Of a DNA stretch of 31,948 nt, positions 1 to 9,177 are shown one piece after another. Within the stretch, counting starts at the first letter, position 1. Each line of letters starts with the position of its first letter. The translations under genes and the position numbers were made by a program. Below the pieces are notes generated by a model that did not search any database, had not been told where the DNA came from, and saw nothing but the letters and a program-made list of their open reading frames with translations. Location: the IMG/VR virus record IMGVR_UViG_3300005805_006431, positions 1 to 31,948 of that record; one strand, 5' to 3'. This stretch comes from a virus (Duplodnaviria > Caudoviricetes).

Positions 1-298
1 TAGCTGCAGCAGTAGCAGGAGTTGTGCCTAATATGTTCCAGTTAGTAATCTTATCTTGTTGAAAGCTTCTACGGATAGGCTTCTTACCCAGCCCTTCTAT
101 TTCAAGGGCTACTAAGTAGTTCTCACCGTCTCTGGTTTCAACTTTGATGGGTTCTACCTTCTTCCAACCTCTTTTGATTTCGTTATCTCCTGTGTAGTAT
201 ATAGATACCTGCTTTCCTGAGGAAACCATCTTCTGCGCTGTTGCGTCATCCAAAGGGGCTTCTAATAGTAGATTGAGTATGTTTCTTAGATTTCTCAC
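1..298 (-). CDS. Partial WYL-like domain protein (3' end runs off the window)
   Basis: Not in the ORF track. Read manually from GTG at 298: MRNLRNILNLLLEAPLDDATAQKMVSSGKQVSIYYTGDNEIKRGWKKVEPIKVETRDGENYLVALEIEGLGKKPIRRSFQQDKITNWNIL..., open to the edge. The V-x-I-x-Y...VEP...YLVA...RSF..DKI pattern resembles the WYL SH3-like fold. Confidence 0.55.
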   Translation of the reverse strand, partial: MRNLRNILNLLLEAPLDDATAQKMVSSGKQVSIYYTGDNEIKRGWKKVEPIKVETRDGENYLVALEIEGLGKKPIRRSFQQDKITNWNILGTTPATAAA

Positions 299-317
299 GT
301 ATATAAATATCTAGACA

Positions 318-348
318 CAAAGATAAGTATTATACGTTATAAATCAAA
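318..348 (-). promoter_or_regulatory. Bacteroidota primary-sigma promoter (-33 TTTG / -7 TAnnTTTG)
   Basis: Minus strand TTTG (348-345), 19-nt spacer, TATCTTTG (325-318), upstream of the GTG at 298. Confidence 0.65.
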
Positions 349-1169
349 TCATTGTAAAAATGATAATGACAGAATCCTATGCGTTGAAAATATATATTTT
401 TATGGGATGGGTCTCCCACTCTGTTGAACATAATAAAATCCATTAATTCTTCTAGTTCTTCCTCTACTAGGTTGCACTTTCTCAAAGTTCTGGTGGACCT
501 GCCTAGGTGCGTCTCACAATCAAACTTGATATCAAATTCTATCTCCCAGGGCTTTATATGTGGCTTATACTTTTTAGCCCCTTCATAAACAGATATTTTA
601 CGCTCAATATCGTCGCCATACAGACTAGAAACAGCATGGACATAGAGAATGAAAAAAGGAGTTTGAGGAGTCCATAGCCCGCTTTCAAAAATTTCATTTC
701 GGTTTATATGTAGTAAGTTTTCCTTCCCACCAGCCCGCAGCATAGATTCGTAGCTAAAGCCTGGCAGATAATAAAACTCTGCCTCTTCCACTTCCTGAAC
801 CAATATATCTGGGGATATTATAATGTCGTCAGCACTCTTCCATAAATATGGATGATCTGGGAGGTTCTCCTTTACATATTTGAATATAGACTCATCTAGG
901 TCAATGGTACCAAACATATGACCCCTATTCACCTCAGAGTGCAGTATAACGCAATTAGGGGCGATTTGGCGGCACTTCTTATGATAATCGTCTATTGTAC
1001 TCTGTGGGACTTCTTTGTCCGTATTCGTGGCTACAATTACTTTATCGAAGTTATCAAGGAATGCTTCTAGATAAGGTTGAAACTTGTCTAGTTTCTCTAG
1101 GCTTTCCTCACCACTGATATGTGCGGTGAAACCATAGCATGATTTGTCAAGCAAGCTTTTTAACAACAT
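330..1169 (-). CDS. Hypothetical protein, possibly a divergent GT-A fold glycosyltransferase
   Basis: 279 aa from ATG 1169 (MLLKSLLDK...); the track start at 1193 overlaps the upstream gene more. NRGH motif and YLWKSADDII (beta strand plus acidic pair) resemble GT-A. Last gene of the GT cluster. Confidence 0.4.
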   Translation of the reverse strand: MLLKSLLDKSCYGFTAHISGEESLEKLDKFQPYLEAFLDNFDKVIVATNTDKEVPQSTIDDYHKKCRQIAPNCVILHSEVNRGHMFGTIDLDESIFKYVKENLPDHPYLWKSADDIIISPDILVQEVEEAEFYYLPGFSYESMLRAGGKENLLHINRNEIFESGLWTPQTPFFILYVHAVSSLYGDDIERKISVYEGAKKYKPHIKPWEIEFDIKFDCETHLGRSTRTLRKCNLVEEELEELMDFIMFNRVGDPSHKNIYFQRIGFCHYHFYNDLIYNV

Positions 1170-1992
1170 TCTTAATAAATTGAGGGTATTCAAGCATTAA
1201 GGATCTGAGAGGTTCTGGGTACTGTCCTACTGGCACATACTCATACCATATGTTATCTCTCTGTAATATGTCTTTTGCTTCTTCCACCGCAGATATGATA
1301 ACGTCTTTTGATGCAATATGAGGCCTATTGAACTCCGTATGTGCAAACGATTCTATCTTGATCTTGATCTTATCTATACCTCCTAGGTATGAAAAATGCC
1401 AACCTGCGTTGGGGATTCTAGGAAAGTGATTCCTGTTATCACGGATGTACTGAGGAGTTGTACCTTTAAAGAATTTACCTGAGGATGCTACCGTAGCGTT
1501 CCACAATCTATCCCTACCATGCATTTGACAATTCATATAGTAGCAGTGGAAAAACACTGTGAGTGCTACAGCTTTGTCTGGGCTATCTGGAATGGAGGAA
1601 TTGATTAGTGCATCAATAGCTGATGGGTTAGGCATTTCATCCAGATCTCCAAGTAGTACCAGATCGTCATCTTCTATGAACTCATTGGCATAAGACAGTG
1701 CGTTTCTCTGTTGGTTCTCTAGCATCCATGCGCCATCTGTAGGAGTATAGGTTTCCACTTTCTCAAATACTATGTTCTCTGTGGATTGTTCTATAGGTAG
1801 GTAAACTATCTTGTCTTTCCATCTGTCATACCTAGACATATTCTCTTCTAGGTGGTATGGCTTTGGTTTACCACTGTGGGTTAGATTCGATTCGCAAATC
1901 ACGAATTTATCTACTTTATCCCCTAATAACTTTAAACGAAACTCTAATAGATCTAACTCATTAAAAAAACAAAACGCATCTATTACTTTCAT
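1147..1992 (-). CDS. Glycosyltransferase family 17 (MGAT3/GnT-III-like N-acetylglucosaminyltransferase)
   Basis: IDAFCFFNELDLLEFRL, FVICESNLTHSGKPK, ENQQRN, GDLDEMP and GWHFSYLGG...KIESFAHTE are the characteristic GT17 blocks. Confidence 0.85.
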   Translation of the reverse strand: MKVIDAFCFFNELDLLEFRLKLLGDKVDKFVICESNLTHSGKPKPYHLEENMSRYDRWKDKIVYLPIEQSTENIVFEKVETYTPTDGAWMLENQQRNALSYANEFIEDDDLVLLGDLDEMPNPSAIDALINSSIPDSPDKAVALTVFFHCYYMNCQMHGRDRLWNATVASSGKFFKGTTPQYIRDNRNHFPRIPNAGWHFSYLGGIDKIKIKIESFAHTEFNRPHIASKDVIISAVEEAKDILQRDNIWYEYVPVGQYPEPLRSLMLEYPQFIKNVVKKLA

Positions 1993-1994
1993 AT

Positions 1995-2627
1995 TTACTT
2001 AAATTTATAACCAGTTTGTTTTTCTATAAACTCTACGGGAACTTCTCTAGCTTTAAGTCCCATAACCGCAGATTTAGTATTATAGAAATGGAATGCCATC
2101 CATTCTTTTGTAGATACAATGTATATTACTTTCCAACAATCAGTTGGCACTGTAACTAATCCTATCTTCTTAGCAGATCCCCATGCTCCACACCATACTT
2201 TCACAGAGTCTTGCTTTAGAGATATCTCTCTAGTAAATTCCTCTAGCTCCTTCCAGTCTCCTCGATTAATAGATGGCTCCTGCGGAGTCATATTTGAAAA
2301 GAAGAACGACTCTCTCATAGCAGTAGAATCACACGCTGCGTCTGCTGCATTGAAATTGTGCCCCCTGTCATATCCTGATTTGACATAGTCTTGATCTAGA
2401 TTTGTGTGCTTAGGAAGCAGTGGATCCAAAACAAACCTGTTACTTCTAGGATATTTTGTGTCACAAATTAATGCTTTTTTTGTTACAACCCAATATACTC
2501 TCTTTGGATATCTGAGAACGGTATCAAATTCTGTTTCGTATTTCTTGTGCTTTATAAGAACAGTGTGTTGAGAATAAGTTAGCTGAAAGGCTAATACGCA
2601 TACTAATAAAGCAATAATCTTTTTCAT
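1995..2627 (-). CDS. Secreted DNA/RNA non-specific endonuclease (NucA/EndoG, His-Me finger)
   Basis: YDRGH catalytic motif, SNMTPQ..INRGDWKELE, VPTDCWKV. N-terminal signal peptide MKKIIALLVCVLAFQLTYS|Q. Confidence 0.9.
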   Translation of the reverse strand: MKKIIALLVCVLAFQLTYSQHTVLIKHKKYETEFDTVLRYPKRVYWVVTKKALICDTKYPRSNRFVLDPLLPKHTNLDQDYVKSGYDRGHNFNAADAACDSTAMRESFFFSNMTPQEPSINRGDWKELEEFTREISLKQDSVKVWCGAWGSAKKIGLVTVPTDCWKVIYIVSTKEWMAFHFYNTKSAVMGLKAREVPVEFIEKQTGYKFK

Positions 2628-3346
2628 CGGTCGAGTCTGTAGTGAGTAAATAATCCGTGTCTATGTGCAACCGTGAAATCTTGCTCCTGCCACCATCCGT
2701 CTATCTTTCCTTCAAGCTCATTGCCTTGTCCAGCAAAGGGGCTAATATTCTTTATATAAAACTCTTTCTTGTATACGCAAGGGTTGTTGGTTTGATTTGC
2801 GTACTTAGACTTACAATAATACATACCAGTGTCGGGATCTTTTTTGATATGTTCTGGGTAGATTTGTTCAGGATCTTGTCTCCAATGTACACACTCAAAT
2901 AGATGTTTAGGGCTATCCATCTCTCTGCCATTGTACTGTAGAGTGTATAGTGGGTCTCCAAAGTCATATCTGCTTCTCATCTTTACCACATCCGCTTTAT
3001 CTGTTTTTACAGCTTCTACAGCGGTCTGTAGTTCATCATACACTATATCAAAGTATTTCTCTAATACGATCCAATCATTCTCTAATAGAAGGATGTAAGG
3101 AGACTCTGCTGCGTGTGCTAAGGTGCTTAGCCCTTTGCCTATACCAACATTTTTATCGCTTAGAATGATATCAGTACCAAATGAATGAGCTAGTTTATAA
3201 TCGGTCTGGGTAGCCTGTTGTGCAAATATGCAAACATCATTAACCATATCTAACAGACCGGATGCTTTATAGGTGTTTAGAGTGTTCTCTAATGTCCTAT
3301 AGGCATTCCAAGTCAATATTCCAACAGACAGATTAACCTTTTGCAT
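2624..3346 (-). CDS. GT-A fold (GT2-like) glycosyltransferase
   Basis: SVGILTWN N-terminal strand, KNVGIGKG, YILLLENDW (ExD variant of DxD), C-terminal FTH. Confidence 0.7.
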   Translation of the reverse strand: MQKVNLSVGILTWNAYRTLENTLNTYKASGLLDMVNDVCIFAQQATQTDYKLAHSFGTDIILSDKNVGIGKGLSTLAHAAESPYILLLENDWIVLEKYFDIVYDELQTAVEAVKTDKADVVKMRSRYDFGDPLYTLQYNGREMDSPKHLFECVHWRQDPEQIYPEHIKKDPDTGMYYCKSKYANQTNNPCVYKKEFYIKNISPFAGQGNELEGKIDGWWQEQDFTVAHRHGLFTHYRLDR

Positions 3347-3932
3347 TCTTGTAAATATTTAAGAAGTCATTATATGATATTACTCCTAACAGTTCGTCTT
3401 TATTGCTTGTATAAATAGACCAAGTCAGCTCTTCCATTTCATACTTCTTAATTAGCTCTTGACTCCCTCTTCTTATAATGCCGCATCCCCAATCAAGATT
3501 TACTGTTCTTATTTCCAGATCTGGTCTAGTGCCTTTTAAATGTACTACAGTTTTCCATACGTCACCAGTCCAAGGTCCGTCGTTAATACTTTTTCTTTGT
3601 TCTATTTCATTTTCAGGTAAACAGTCATGAAGCACTATTGTACCCCCTTCTTCTAACACGTTTAGAGAGTGGTTAACATCTCTCAGAACTTGATCAGAGT
3701 GGTGTAGCCCATCTATGAATATAATATCGAATTTATTAGCAGGATCATGCTGATGAAAAAAAGCATCTGAAGTGCCTACAAAATCACACTTGTTTCTTGG
3801 AGCTGGGTCTACTGCATACTTATATTCTGCTTTAATTCTGTCGCAGTTAGAATAGTAATCTTGTACTCCTACTTCTAAGTACCTTTTGTAATTGTTTTGT
3901 TCTACTAAATAATTAATAATGTCCCATCTCAT
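3333..3932 (-). CDS. Class I SAM-dependent methyltransferase (Methyltransf_24-like)
   Basis: YLEVGV (motif I), FDIIFIDGLH...VLRD, GGTIVLHD, WTGDVWK. Confidence 0.85.
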   Translation of the reverse strand: MRWDIINYLVEQNNYKRYLEVGVQDYYSNCDRIKAEYKYAVDPAPRNKCDFVGTSDAFFHQHDPANKFDIIFIDGLHHSDQVLRDVNHSLNVLEEGGTIVLHDCLPENEIEQRKSINDGPWTGDVWKTVVHLKGTRPDLEIRTVNLDWGCGIIRRGSQELIKKYEMEELTWSIYTSNKDELLGVISYNDFLNIYKNAKG

Positions 3933-4585
3933 AGTTTATATTTTTCTTCGTATATTTTTACATCTCTATTTTTAATTTCATCAAATATAGGATCGTTTGA
4001 TGTTGAACTCATCTTAGTCTGTATAGGGCAGAACAATAAAAAGTTTTGTCTACCTGCATGTTTATTCCTGTGGAATATCACATCATCTCCAGCCCATATT
4101 AATAGCTCTTCTGGTATAACAGGATAGTGGTCCTTGTGCATGATCATACAGATTCCAAATCCCCACAATCTCTCTGGTATCCCTACTATTTTAATCTCGG
4201 ACATATTGTATCTAGCTGGTTGTTCGACTTCGTGTATCATCATGTAGCATGCTCCAATCACTCCCATGTTTGCTAGATCAGCCTGGGATAGTATGTCAAA
4301 CATATTATTAGGTACAGTTATATCATCATTTAGAATGCCTATGTAATCTTCTTTGGCTAAAGATACTCCATAGTTCCATGCTGGATTTACATATAGATTT
4401 TCCCCTGCTGAGTATATTTTTACTTTATCGTTTGTAATAAAGTTTTCTGGAGGGCCTATCTCTGTATTATCTATGATTATAATTTCAGACACAGCATTAT
4501 CCTCGTTCAGTATTTCTAACAGAACATTTGTTATATTAACACAACGAAACAGTGTAGGGATTATTATCGAGAACTTTTTTGCCAT
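3929..4585 (-). CDS. Glycosyltransferase family 2
   Basis: FSIIIPT, EIIIIDN, NLYVNPAWNYG, ILNDDI, WAGDD. Confidence 0.85.
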   Translation of the reverse strand: MAKKFSIIIPTLFRCVNITNVLLEILNEDNAVSEIIIIDNTEIGPPENFITNDKVKIYSAGENLYVNPAWNYGVSLAKEDYIGILNDDITVPNNMFDILSQADLANMGVIGACYMMIHEVEQPARYNMSEIKIVGIPERLWGFGICMIMHKDHYPVIPEELLIWAGDDVIFHRNKHAGRQNFLLFCPIQTKMSSTSNDPIFDEIKNRDVKIYEEKYKL

Positions 4586-5502
4586 TCGTTATACTTTTCT
4601 ATTACTTTGTTTACTCTCTGTACTTGAGTATGACTGCCTAATACTTTGTAGTATCCATTAGTAGCTATGCGCTCTCTGTCTTTCTCTCCCTCACTGCTAA
4701 GGTAGTAATTTATTTTAGATATACATTCGTATATGCTAGAATAATATACAATATGTTCTCCTTCTACAAACAAATCATTCATGTGTGTATGTTCAGGAAG
4801 CTTATCAGTTATAACTAACTTTCCACAGGCCATTCCTTCAAATACTCTTCTGGTTACCTCTTGCCATCTGCTATGTTGAAATACTATCTTACCACTGTTT
4901 AAAAAATCTCCATACTCTTCTCCTGACAATCCATTTCTATTTATAAATCTATCTGGCATTATCTGAGATAGATAATCCATTAGGTCAGATGCATTTGGTC
5001 CTCTGGTAGTTCTTACTGGAGGTAGCTCATCAAAAGGTGTAAACGAACTATACGGTTTATGTATTGTGGTATCTGCAAAATGAGTCCACCATAAAGCATC
5101 CATACCCATTTCTTTATACTTTGCACAAGAATCATACGCAGGAGTGAGTATCAGATTAAATCTACTTGCCTTTACAGAGTTTCTCTCAAAGTTCTGTGGA
5201 TCATCTCCTGACTCCATTACCCAATATGATTTGGTAGATTTTGCTTTATCTAGAAGAGGAGAATCAAATCTTCCCCAATCCATGTAGAATACAATGTCAG
5301 GAACGAATTCTCCAGAATCAGAATCGCTAAGCATTTTGCTAATACCACTGTCTACGTATCTATCTCCCTCTCCAAACAAAGAGAATATCTTGGCTTCCCA
5401 TCCTCTTCGTTCAAATTCTCTCACTACACTTAGAGGAGTTGTCCAAACATCTGTGGGTCTATGCGCAAATATAAATGCTACTTTATTTCCTGAAAATGAC
5501 AT
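4564..5502 (-). CDS. GT-B glycosyltransferase, CgeB/Glyco_trans_1_2-like
   Basis: C-terminal TRRVFEGMACGKLVITD...LFVEGEHIVYY...RERIATNG...HT..RV is typical of CgeB-like GTs. Start taken at ATG 5502 (MSFSGNKVAF). Confidence 0.8.
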   Translation of the reverse strand: MSFSGNKVAFIFAHRPTDVWTTPLSVVREFERRGWEAKIFSLFGEGDRYVDSGISKMLSDSDSGEFVPDIVFYMDWGRFDSPLLDKAKSTKSYWVMESGDDPQNFERNSVKASRFNLILTPAYDSCAKYKEMGMDALWWTHFADTTIHKPYSSFTPFDELPPVRTTRGPNASDLMDYLSQIMPDRFINRNGLSGEEYGDFLNSGKIVFQHSRWQEVTRRVFEGMACGKLVITDKLPEHTHMNDLFVEGEHIVYYSSIYECISKINYYLSSEGEKDRERIATNGYYKVLGSHTQVQRVNKVIEKYNEWQKSSR

Positions 5503-6118
5503 CGTATGTGTTATTATAACTTTTATAATCGTACTCACCGTATCCCAAACTGAATAGGTATTGAATCATCTGCTCTTCCTTTTCCCAGAATCTGTGTTCT
5601 CTATGTATTCCTATTTCAATCATGATTCCTATAGGATGGTGGGTAGTAAGTAAATCTTTTGCTCCTTCAATAACCAAATACTCTGATTGCTCTACGTCTA
5701 CTTTGATTACGTCTGGGTAAACCAAGTCAAGTTCTTTTACAATACTTGACAATGATCTCCCCTGTATTATTTCCTTGCTTCCATAGTTGTGAATCTCAGA
5801 TAGAGTATTCCACCCAAAATTAGTTCCATCTACAGATATCTCTACTTCTCTATCTGTATCTACAACTGCACAATTGATAGTAGTAATTCTAGGATTATCT
5901 TTGTATTTCTCTGTGATATAATTATAGTATTCCTTAACAGGTTCAAACAATACACAGTTTATGTTTGGATTAATCCCTAGAACCATGTCAGTCATGGCTC
6001 CTACATTTGCACCAATATCATAAAACATTCCTCCTTCAGGAATTAATTCAGCAAGGAGTCTTGGTTTATCTCCTGCATCTCTTCTTATAACATCTTCCCA
6101 TGCTTTACAATCAGCCAT
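5483..6118 (-). CDS. FkbM family methyltransferase
   Basis: FYDIGANVG, LFEP, NCAV, IKVDVEQSE..VIEGA. Confidence 0.88.
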   Translation of the reverse strand: MADCKAWEDVIRRDAGDKPRLLAELIPEGGMFYDIGANVGAMTDMVLGINPNINCVLFEPVKEYYNYITEKYKDNPRITTINCAVVDTDREVEISVDGTNFGWNTLSEIHNYGSKEIIQGRSLSSIVKELDLVYPDVIKVDVEQSEYLVIEGAKDLLTTHHPIGIMIEIGIHREHRFWEKEEQMIQYLFSLGYGEYDYKSYNNTYDVIFRK

Positions 6119-7028
6119 CTATCAGTTGTTTGAACTTATTCATTACAGTTTCTGGTTTGAACTTATCTACCAGTTGTTTCATTTTATACTGTTCTTTTTT
6201 GAAGGACGCTAACATAACAAACAGTTCATTATGGGAAGCGTAATAAAATCCTTTGTCTTTTAGAACTTCTATATGATTTCTGTCTCTACATTGAATATTT
6301 GTAAATACAGGTTTATCTTGGTGTAGAAATTCACATATAGCCAATCCAAACGATTCTCCTTCAGTTCTACCATGCAACATCGCATCGCATGTATTGATGA
6401 ATGCTGTCTTACTAGCCATGTCTGTAGTAGCCTCTACGTATACTATATTTGGATGTGTGTACGTAAAAGGTTTGGTATTCATGAAAATAAACTTGATACC
6501 TCTTTCTGCTAAGGTACCTACCACATCTCCTAGGTATGGAACATCAAACTGATCGTATCCTCCATATCTACCTATGACTATATCTTCTGGAGAAAAGCCT
6601 AGTTGTTCTCTGAAGTCTTCTTTGATATCTGGTAGTGATACTATATGCGGAAGGTAGTCCACACCGTGCTTGTCTCCTAACCACTTACTCACAGCTACGT
6701 ATACGTCTCCGTGTTTATGTGAGGCATCAAACACAGCATGGACTATGTTCTTTACATTTGGAAATAGCTTTCCATCATCGAAACCTGCTTTGATTAGATA
6801 TGCAGCATCAAGAGAATATTTTGACGATAGCTGTTCAAAGTTATCGTACAGAATAACTCTATCTCCGAATCTTTCTGTGAACTTATCTAGTGCAGTTAGA
6901 TCAGATTCTTGTGGTGCAAATACGTACGAACTCCATCCCAAGATTCGCTCGGCATAATTGGCGTAGTCATATAATGCGACTTCTGTTCCTCGGATTCCGA
7001 GCTGATTGGAATGAAACGCGACCTTCAT
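6111..7028 (-). CDS. GT-B (GT4-like) glycosyltransferase
   Basis: Start at ATG 7028 (ATGA overlap with the upstream stop): MKVAFHSNQLGIRGTEVALYDY. C-terminal HGRTEGESFGLAICEF carries the E-x7-E motif. Confidence 0.8.
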   Translation of the reverse strand: MKVAFHSNQLGIRGTEVALYDYANYAERILGWSSYVFAPQESDLTALDKFTERFGDRVILYDNFEQLSSKYSLDAAYLIKAGFDDGKLFPNVKNIVHAVFDASHKHGDVYVAVSKWLGDKHGVDYLPHIVSLPDIKEDFREQLGFSPEDIVIGRYGGYDQFDVPYLGDVVGTLAERGIKFIFMNTKPFTYTHPNIVYVEATTDMASKTAFINTCDAMLHGRTEGESFGLAICEFLHQDKPVFTNIQCRDRNHIEVLKDKGFYYASHNELFVMLASFKKEQYKMKQLVDKFKPETVMNKFKQLIDG

Positions 7029-7648
7029 AGAGTTTCGTAAAATTTGTTTTGTAACTCTTGCCTTTGAATATCTTTGATATGCAATAGACAATAATCTTCT
7101 GTTTCAAAAGGAAGGATAGTATGGGTAGTGTGCCCAGTCAATCTCTCATGTACTTTATTTACCCAGTAGATCTCAGGCTTGTTCTTAATGATACGAGTCT
7201 GTGGATCTGGATAGTTAATGTATCCTTTATCATTCTTATTCCATCCCCACACTTCTAGATGCTTAGGAGTAAGTCCCTGTACTACGTTTACACGTGGCAC
7301 CATAAACATTTCTATATCTGGGTTATTGAATAAAATTTCTTTTAAAGTGAGAAGTAGGTTATCGTGTACATTCTCATCTGCATCTATAAAGAATATGTAC
7401 TCTTTGGTGCACTTGGACTTAGCGAAGTTTTTATGTGCTGCGAAGTCTCCGTCTAGTGAATGCTGATGTAAATTGATTCTATCTTCAAATACTGAAAGCG
7501 TCTGCTTTGTTGTTTCTTCTGTAGAGCTATCGTCTACTACAACGATCTCATCTTCAGGTTGAATATACTTCAACAGTCTTTCAAGTAGAGGACGCAAATA
7601 AATTGCTCCCTCATTATGTGTAGTTATGCAATATGATATACTTACCAT
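7025..7648 (-). CDS. Glycosyltransferase family 2
   Basis: ISYCITTHNE, EIVVVDDSS, FAAHKN, FFIDADE (DxD), PDPQTRI, VHERL. Confidence 0.88.
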   Translation of the reverse strand: MVSISYCITTHNEGAIYLRPLLERLLKYIQPEDEIVVVDDSSTEETTKQTLSVFEDRINLHQHSLDGDFAAHKNFAKSKCTKEYIFFIDADENVHDNLLLTLKEILFNNPDIEMFMVPRVNVVQGLTPKHLEVWGWNKNDKGYINYPDPQTRIIKNKPEIYWVNKVHERLTGHTTHTILPFETEDYCLLHIKDIQRQELQNKFYETL

Positions 7649-7652
7649 AGTT

Positions 7653-8096
7653 TTAAATTAAACCCGCGGCTTCAAGGGCTTGTGAAAAATATTCTTGGTC
7701 AAAATGAAGAACATGTTTCATGTCTGTTTTAAATTTATGATAACCCCCTTCCGATTTTTTGAAACGTTCTTTCTCATGCTCTTCAACCGGAACGTGAGGA
7801 GCGAATGCCCATTTCCAGTCATGTCTTGACGTACCATCTGGAAAAATGATTCCCACTCCCTCTTTGGTTATCGTAACAGGATACCAGACGAAGCCTTCTG
7901 AATCCGTGTATTTTATATCTTTAAATAGAGAGGGCAACATAGATTCGTAGGCTAGAATAGCTTCTGTGTTCTCTAAAAGCAGGGTGTTTGTGTTGAATCC
8001 GCACTGTAAACAGTCCCAGCTTATAATCCCATCATGATGTCTTTCATAACATAAAGGACTACCGCATCTTCTGCATTTTGTGAGTTGATCTTGCAT
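7653..8096 (-). CDS. Hypothetical protein with N-terminal zinc ribbon
   Basis: CRRC and CLQC pairs near the N-terminus; no other recognisable motif. Confidence 0.6.
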   Translation of the reverse strand: MQDQLTKCRRCGSPLCYERHHDGIISWDCLQCGFNTNTLLLENTEAILAYESMLPSLFKDIKYTDSEGFVWYPVTITKEGVGIIFPDGTSRHDWKWAFAPHVPVEEHEKERFKKSEGGYHKFKTDMKHVLHFDQEYFSQALEAAGLI

Positions 8097-8120
8097 ATTA
8101 GTCTTTTAAAATTTTTATTA

Positions 8121-8948
8121 TTATATTACTGCTCTACCTTTCATTTTCTCCCAATCTCTATCTTTACGCACCACATTGTTTGTGTCTCTAGCTGCTTTAA
8201 GCACATTGTTAACTGTGTTTAAGTTATCAGATAGATGTATTAATGCGGATAGGTCTTTAGGGAAGCAGTGTCCTCCAAAACCAAAATCACCATCATGTCC
8301 AGGCACAGACCAATGTGAATGTCCTAGTCTTTCATCATACACTGCATACTCCACTATCTTATCATAGTCCACATCTAACTGTTGACACATTTGATATATC
8401 TCATTGGCAAATGAAACTTTAACAGATAGAAAAGAGTTAATAAGATATTTTACCATCTCAGCATATGTGGAATCTGTTTTGATAATGTATGCATCTGGAA
8501 ATACCTTAGAGAATATTTGTTTCAGAGAAGTTATAGCTTTTTTAGGACCTCCCAATATAATCCTCTCTTGGTTATTATAATCATCTATAGCATTTCTTTC
8601 TGTAAGGAATTCCGGATTAAACGCTACAGTTATATTTTTAAATTTCTCATTCCATCCTTTTGTAGTGCCTGGAGGTATAGTAGATTTTACTACAACTATC
8701 TTATCTCCTTTCTCATTTATTGTAGATAACACCCCTTCAAGTATGTCTACATTACAACTACCATCTGCATTCATCGGAGTTGGTAGGCATAAGAATATAG
8801 TCTTGCATTCTGTGAGAATGTCCTCAAAAGTTGAATTTCTTTTTTCCACATCCAGATCGAATGTTTTTACTTCATAGTAATTCTTAAACTTTTGGTAAAC
8901 CGCATTACCTACAAATCCCTGTCCTATAATTCCTATCGTCTCAGTCAT
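8121..8948 (-). CDS. UDP-glucose/GDP-mannose dehydrogenase family protein (short, lacks C-terminal domain)
   Basis: GQGFVG Rossmann motif, CLPTP, KSTIPPGT, NPEFL, AEMVKY..N, GFGGHCFPKD with the catalytic Cys. Only 275 aa. Confidence 0.88.
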   Translation of the reverse strand: MTETIGIIGQGFVGNAVYQKFKNYYEVKTFDLDVEKRNSTFEDILTECKTIFLCLPTPMNADGSCNVDILEGVLSTINEKGDKIVVVKSTIPPGTTKGWNEKFKNITVAFNPEFLTERNAIDDYNNQERIILGGPKKAITSLKQIFSKVFPDAYIIKTDSTYAEMVKYLINSFLSVKVSFANEIYQMCQQLDVDYDKIVEYAVYDERLGHSHWSVPGHDGDFGFGGHCFPKDLSALIHLSDNLNTVNNVLKAARDTNNVVRKDRDWEKMKGRAVI

Positions 8949-9174
8949 TGAGTTGTTGTTTTAAATTCTCACCGTTTGTGTAAGTCCATGTCGATCCTTG
9001 AGGGTAACGTACTGCAGTTGTGCCTGATGAAGATACACTAAATTTAGATGTAGTTTCGTCAGTTACTTTTGATAATACTTCTTTAATACTGTCCCACTGT
9101 TTAGGAGTGGCAGTAAAATCATTACATGCTTCTACGAATCCCTTCATCCAAATTACGAATTCTTTTGATGTCAT
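8941..9174 (-). CDS. Small hypothetical phage protein
   Basis: 77 aa ORF packed between neighbours, ATG start, overlapping the downstream gene. Confidence 0.6.
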   Translation of the reverse strand: MTSKEFVIWMKGFVEACNDFTATPKQWDSIKEVLSKVTDETTSKFSVSSSGTTAVRYPQGSTWTYTNGENLKQQLND

Positions 9175-9177
9175 AGT

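Noticed and set aside
302-309. T4-type late promoter TATAAATA on the plus strand (also 13008-13015)
   Set aside because: It points away from all genes. It is reported instead as the reverse-orientation TATTTAT motif.
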